This document shows, one piece after another, positions 60,786 through 64,000 of a stretch of DNA of 64,000 nt; the first letter of the stretch is position 1; the number at the start of each line of letters is the position of its first letter. The DNA lies in assembly GCF_964213995.1 (NCBI RefSeq), contig NC_135826.1, positions 36,022,001 to 36,086,000 of the forward strand, written 5' to 3'. A program made the position numbers and the translations under genes. Under the pieces are notes generated by a model that did not search any database, was not told the DNA's origin, and was given only the letters and a program-made list of their open reading frames with translations. This DNA comes from Mustelus asterias (taxonomy: Eukaryota).

Positions 60786-61454
60786 TCAAAAGCACTGCCT
60801 GCTTTCAGGGGCCTTAGACACTAATAGTACATTTTGTTACTCCATGTGCAAGGATTCTTGAGCTGTGCCATCAGGTATTGCAATATGGGCTTGGTGGTAA
60901 AGGGTAAGATTTATAGGTAAACTTATGTAACGTGTAAGATCCCAGTGACCTATATTCGAATGATGATCCTCTTTGTGGAATCCCACACAACCTAATTCTA
61001 CTAATTTAAGTGACCTGTGCTGTATCATATTTGTCTGCTCTCTCCTCTCACAAATGACAAGAATACAAAATGTCTCCAATGAATGCAATTAGATTAACAT
61101 TGACCAGGAATTGTTAAGCTGGATATAAAGCTGTTCACCATGCTTGTGAATGCTGATGGCCTGTAGCAGTCAGTCTAAGGGTCTGAAGCTTTAAAGGATA
61201 GTTATTGATTAAGGAAGGCTGTGTGTGCTTTACCTCTTTGAGCTCAACTTTTTTCTGACCTTTGTGCTTGGTGGTTGAGTTCTGCTCTTTTTCCACCTAA
61301 TTTATTGTAGGAACTATTTCAATTATCTCTCAATCCAGCTGAATCAAGGGCCATGTTTTGATTTTGCTGTACCTTTCTGTGCAAGCGATTATTATGCCTG
61401 GCAGTACAATGACTCATTCTTTGGGGCTGGTTATCTGAACTGAACCATACATTA

Positions 61455-62240
61455 TAGAAACATATATAGGAAATTAGAAGCAGGAGTAGGCTATTTGGCC
61501 CTTCAAGTCTGCTCCACCATTCAATATGATCATGGCTGATCATATTCAATCTCTTGATCCCTTTGGCCCCTAGAGCTATATCTATTTCCTTCTTGAAATC
61601 ACACACTGTTTTGGCCTCAACTACTTTTTGTGGTAGTGAATTCCACACATTCACCACTCTCTGGCTGAAGAAATTTCTCCTCACTTCAGTCTTAAAAGGT
61701 TTACCCCTTATCCTCAGACTATGACCCTAGTTCTGGATTCCCCCACTATTGTAAACATTCTTTCTAAATCTATTCTGTCTAACCCTGTTAGAATTTTTTA
61801 AGATTCTATGCCATCTCCTCTCACTCTTCTAAACTCCAAAGAGTATTATTTTAACTATCTTCATATGACAGTCCTGCCATCCCAGGAGTCAGACTGGTAA
61901 ACCTTTGCTGCACTCCCTCTATAGCAAGGGCATCATTCCTCAGATTAGGACACTAAAACTGCATGCAATACTCCAGATGTGGCCTCATGAATGCCATATA
62001 TGATTGCAATAAAACATCCCTATTCCTATACTCATCCTCTCGCTATGAAGGCCAACATACCATTTACCTTCTTTACTGCCTGCTGTACAAGCACGCTTAT
62101 TTTCAGCAAATGATACACGAGGACACCAAGGTCTTGCTGAGTATCTACCTCTCTCAATTTGCACCCACTTAAATAATAATCTGCCGTCCTATTTTTGCTA
62201 CTGAAGTGGATAAGCTCACTTATCCAAATTATACAGAATC
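61455..62240 (-). mobile_element. CR1 LINE 3' fragment
   Basis: RRNFFSQRVVNVWNSLPQKVVEA. Confidence 0.8.
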
Positions 62241-63276
62241 AAAGTCTTTTTTCTTTGTCCCTTGATTGCAGAAGACTGTGGGTCCAAGCCTCTCGGTATG
62301 GTTTGAGCAGACAAGCCTGATGTTTCAGGTCAATGTTGCATCAAATAGAAATAAATATTGATGAATTGATCAGAGAGGTAAAGAAAAACCTGAGGAAGAG
62401 AAACAGGGCCGTCGGTGCAAACTATAACAGTAAGATGTTCCTTCAGTGCTTTATCAGTGAGGGGTTATTCAGGGAGGAATGGAAAACCTTCAGCATGCAA
62501 ATAGGTTAAAAACGTGACTGCTCGAGAGTAGAACTTCTTCATGATTGAAGGTATCAATCCTAGCCTGGCTGAAAGCTTTTACAGTTAATTAGACGCCAGG
62601 GATAGATGATACTTATCCCATCGTACTATTTGTGTAGTATTGGCAATCATTGAGGGTGTTGCTGGACTACATGAAGGGATTATAAGATTTGCAATAGGTT
62701 AACGTGGTCTCCTTATTTGAAAATACTGAGCTATTTAAAGCAGCCAGCTAGAATTTGTGAAACAAACAGCCAGTAGGCCCCAAAGTAAAAAGCTATCACC
62801 ACTGCTACAGGCCTTTCTCTCTTTCTGAATGCGTGGTCATGTCTTTAAAGAAGGTTAAGTCCTGAATCCCAATATAGTTGGATTTAGGGGAAGTAAGGCG
62901 GGGCAGATTTTGCTTTATTTACATCCAAGCTTTTGGATTGTGGATGAGGAAAATCAGCTTTTAAACTCTATATGAAAGTGGGTAAATCAAGACTAAGGAA
63001 ATGGAATTGAGATATCCACGAATGAGCAGCACGGTGACATGACAAGAGAAAATAACAGGAGCTTTGAGATTGTGAAAATAATGATAAAGCAGTGAAGGAA
63101 AGTGAAAAATCATTGAAAGTGAGCAACGGAATATAATTGGGTTTGAAGTGAGTGACTAGGGAGGAATGGTCCAAGTAAGAAACCAAATTGCAGTTAGTGG
63201 TGGGGAATGTGAATTATTGAGAAGACAGATAGCAGAGACTTGGAGTATAATAATGGGAGGAGTGAACAACAAAACG

Positions 63277-63646
63277 GGGAGGCGATGGCCTAGTGGTATT
63301 ATCGCTAAACCATTAATCCAGAAACTCAGCTAATGTTCTGGGGACCTGAATTTGAATCCTGCCACGGCAGATGGTGGAATTTGAATCCGATTTTTAAAAA
63401 AAAATTGGAATTAAGAATCTACTGATGATCGTGAACCCATTGTAGATTGTTGAAAAAAACCCATCTGATTCACTTGTGTTCTTTAGGTAAGGATGGCAGA
63501 TTTCCTTCCCTAGTCTGGTCTACATGTGAATCCAGAGCCACAGCAATGTGGTTGATTCTCAACTGCCCTCCAAGGGGCAACTAGGGATGGACAATAAATG
63601 CTGGCCAGCCAGCGACGCCCATGTCTCATGAACTAATTTTTAAAAA
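63277..63646 (+). mobile_element. tRNA-derived SINE of another family, sharing its tail with the LINE at 8440-10385
   Basis: Head tggcctagtggta...tttgaatcc; tail ggcaactagggatggacaataaatgctggccagccagcgacgccca. Confidence 0.7.
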
Positions 63647-64000
63647 GGAATCTGAGGGTAGAGAGAGACTAGGATTGAGGGGTGAAGATAATGAGTGCCA
63701 TGAAGAGCAGTGAAAAGACTATGAACTAATGAAAGAATAAAATTGAAGAGAATGGGAGGAGAGGGATAGTGTAATAGTGAAAAGAGTATTTTTCTCTGTG
63801 CCACAAGTGAGGAGAGATTGGAAGTAAGAGAATGCCTGAGAGGGATTATTCTGTTTGTTCGTGCTTCATTTGGTGTTTGGAAGTTTACAATGTGTTGAAA
63901 TCACAAGTTTAATATGTTGTATTCATTTATTCTGTATCATACATCAATTTACAATGATTAAACTCTGGCAGTAATCATGAACCTGCATATATTAATACAT

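Overview
Eukaryotic, repeat-rich genomic DNA, almost certainly from a cartilaginous fish (shark): HE1/V-SINE-type SINEs and HER1/CR1-type LINEs dominate. Three spliced protein-coding genes can be reconstructed by hand with canonical GT-AG junctions and consistent phases: NDUFA11 (minus, 4 exons, 15361->1313, 135 aa), a NIM1K-like AMPK-related kinase (minus, 3 coding exons, 33828->23235, 433 aa) and POLE4 (plus, 4 exons, 43202->59670, 115 aa). Most other ORFs in the track are LINE/SINE fragments or low-complexity artefacts. The most interesting signals are: a dispersed repeat with two U2-snRNA-derived heads, one copy of which abuts an NRF1-motif tandem array in the NDUFA11 promoter; Penelope-like (PLE) insertions carrying minimal hammerhead-ribozyme motifs with compensatory stem changes; one fold-back PLE insertion that contains an exact 82-bp copy of DNA lying about 1.1 kb away; and loss of the activation-loop Thr in the kinase. 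All family assignments come from recognition by eye; no database searches were run, and repeat boundaries are approximate unless target-site duplications (TSDs) are given.
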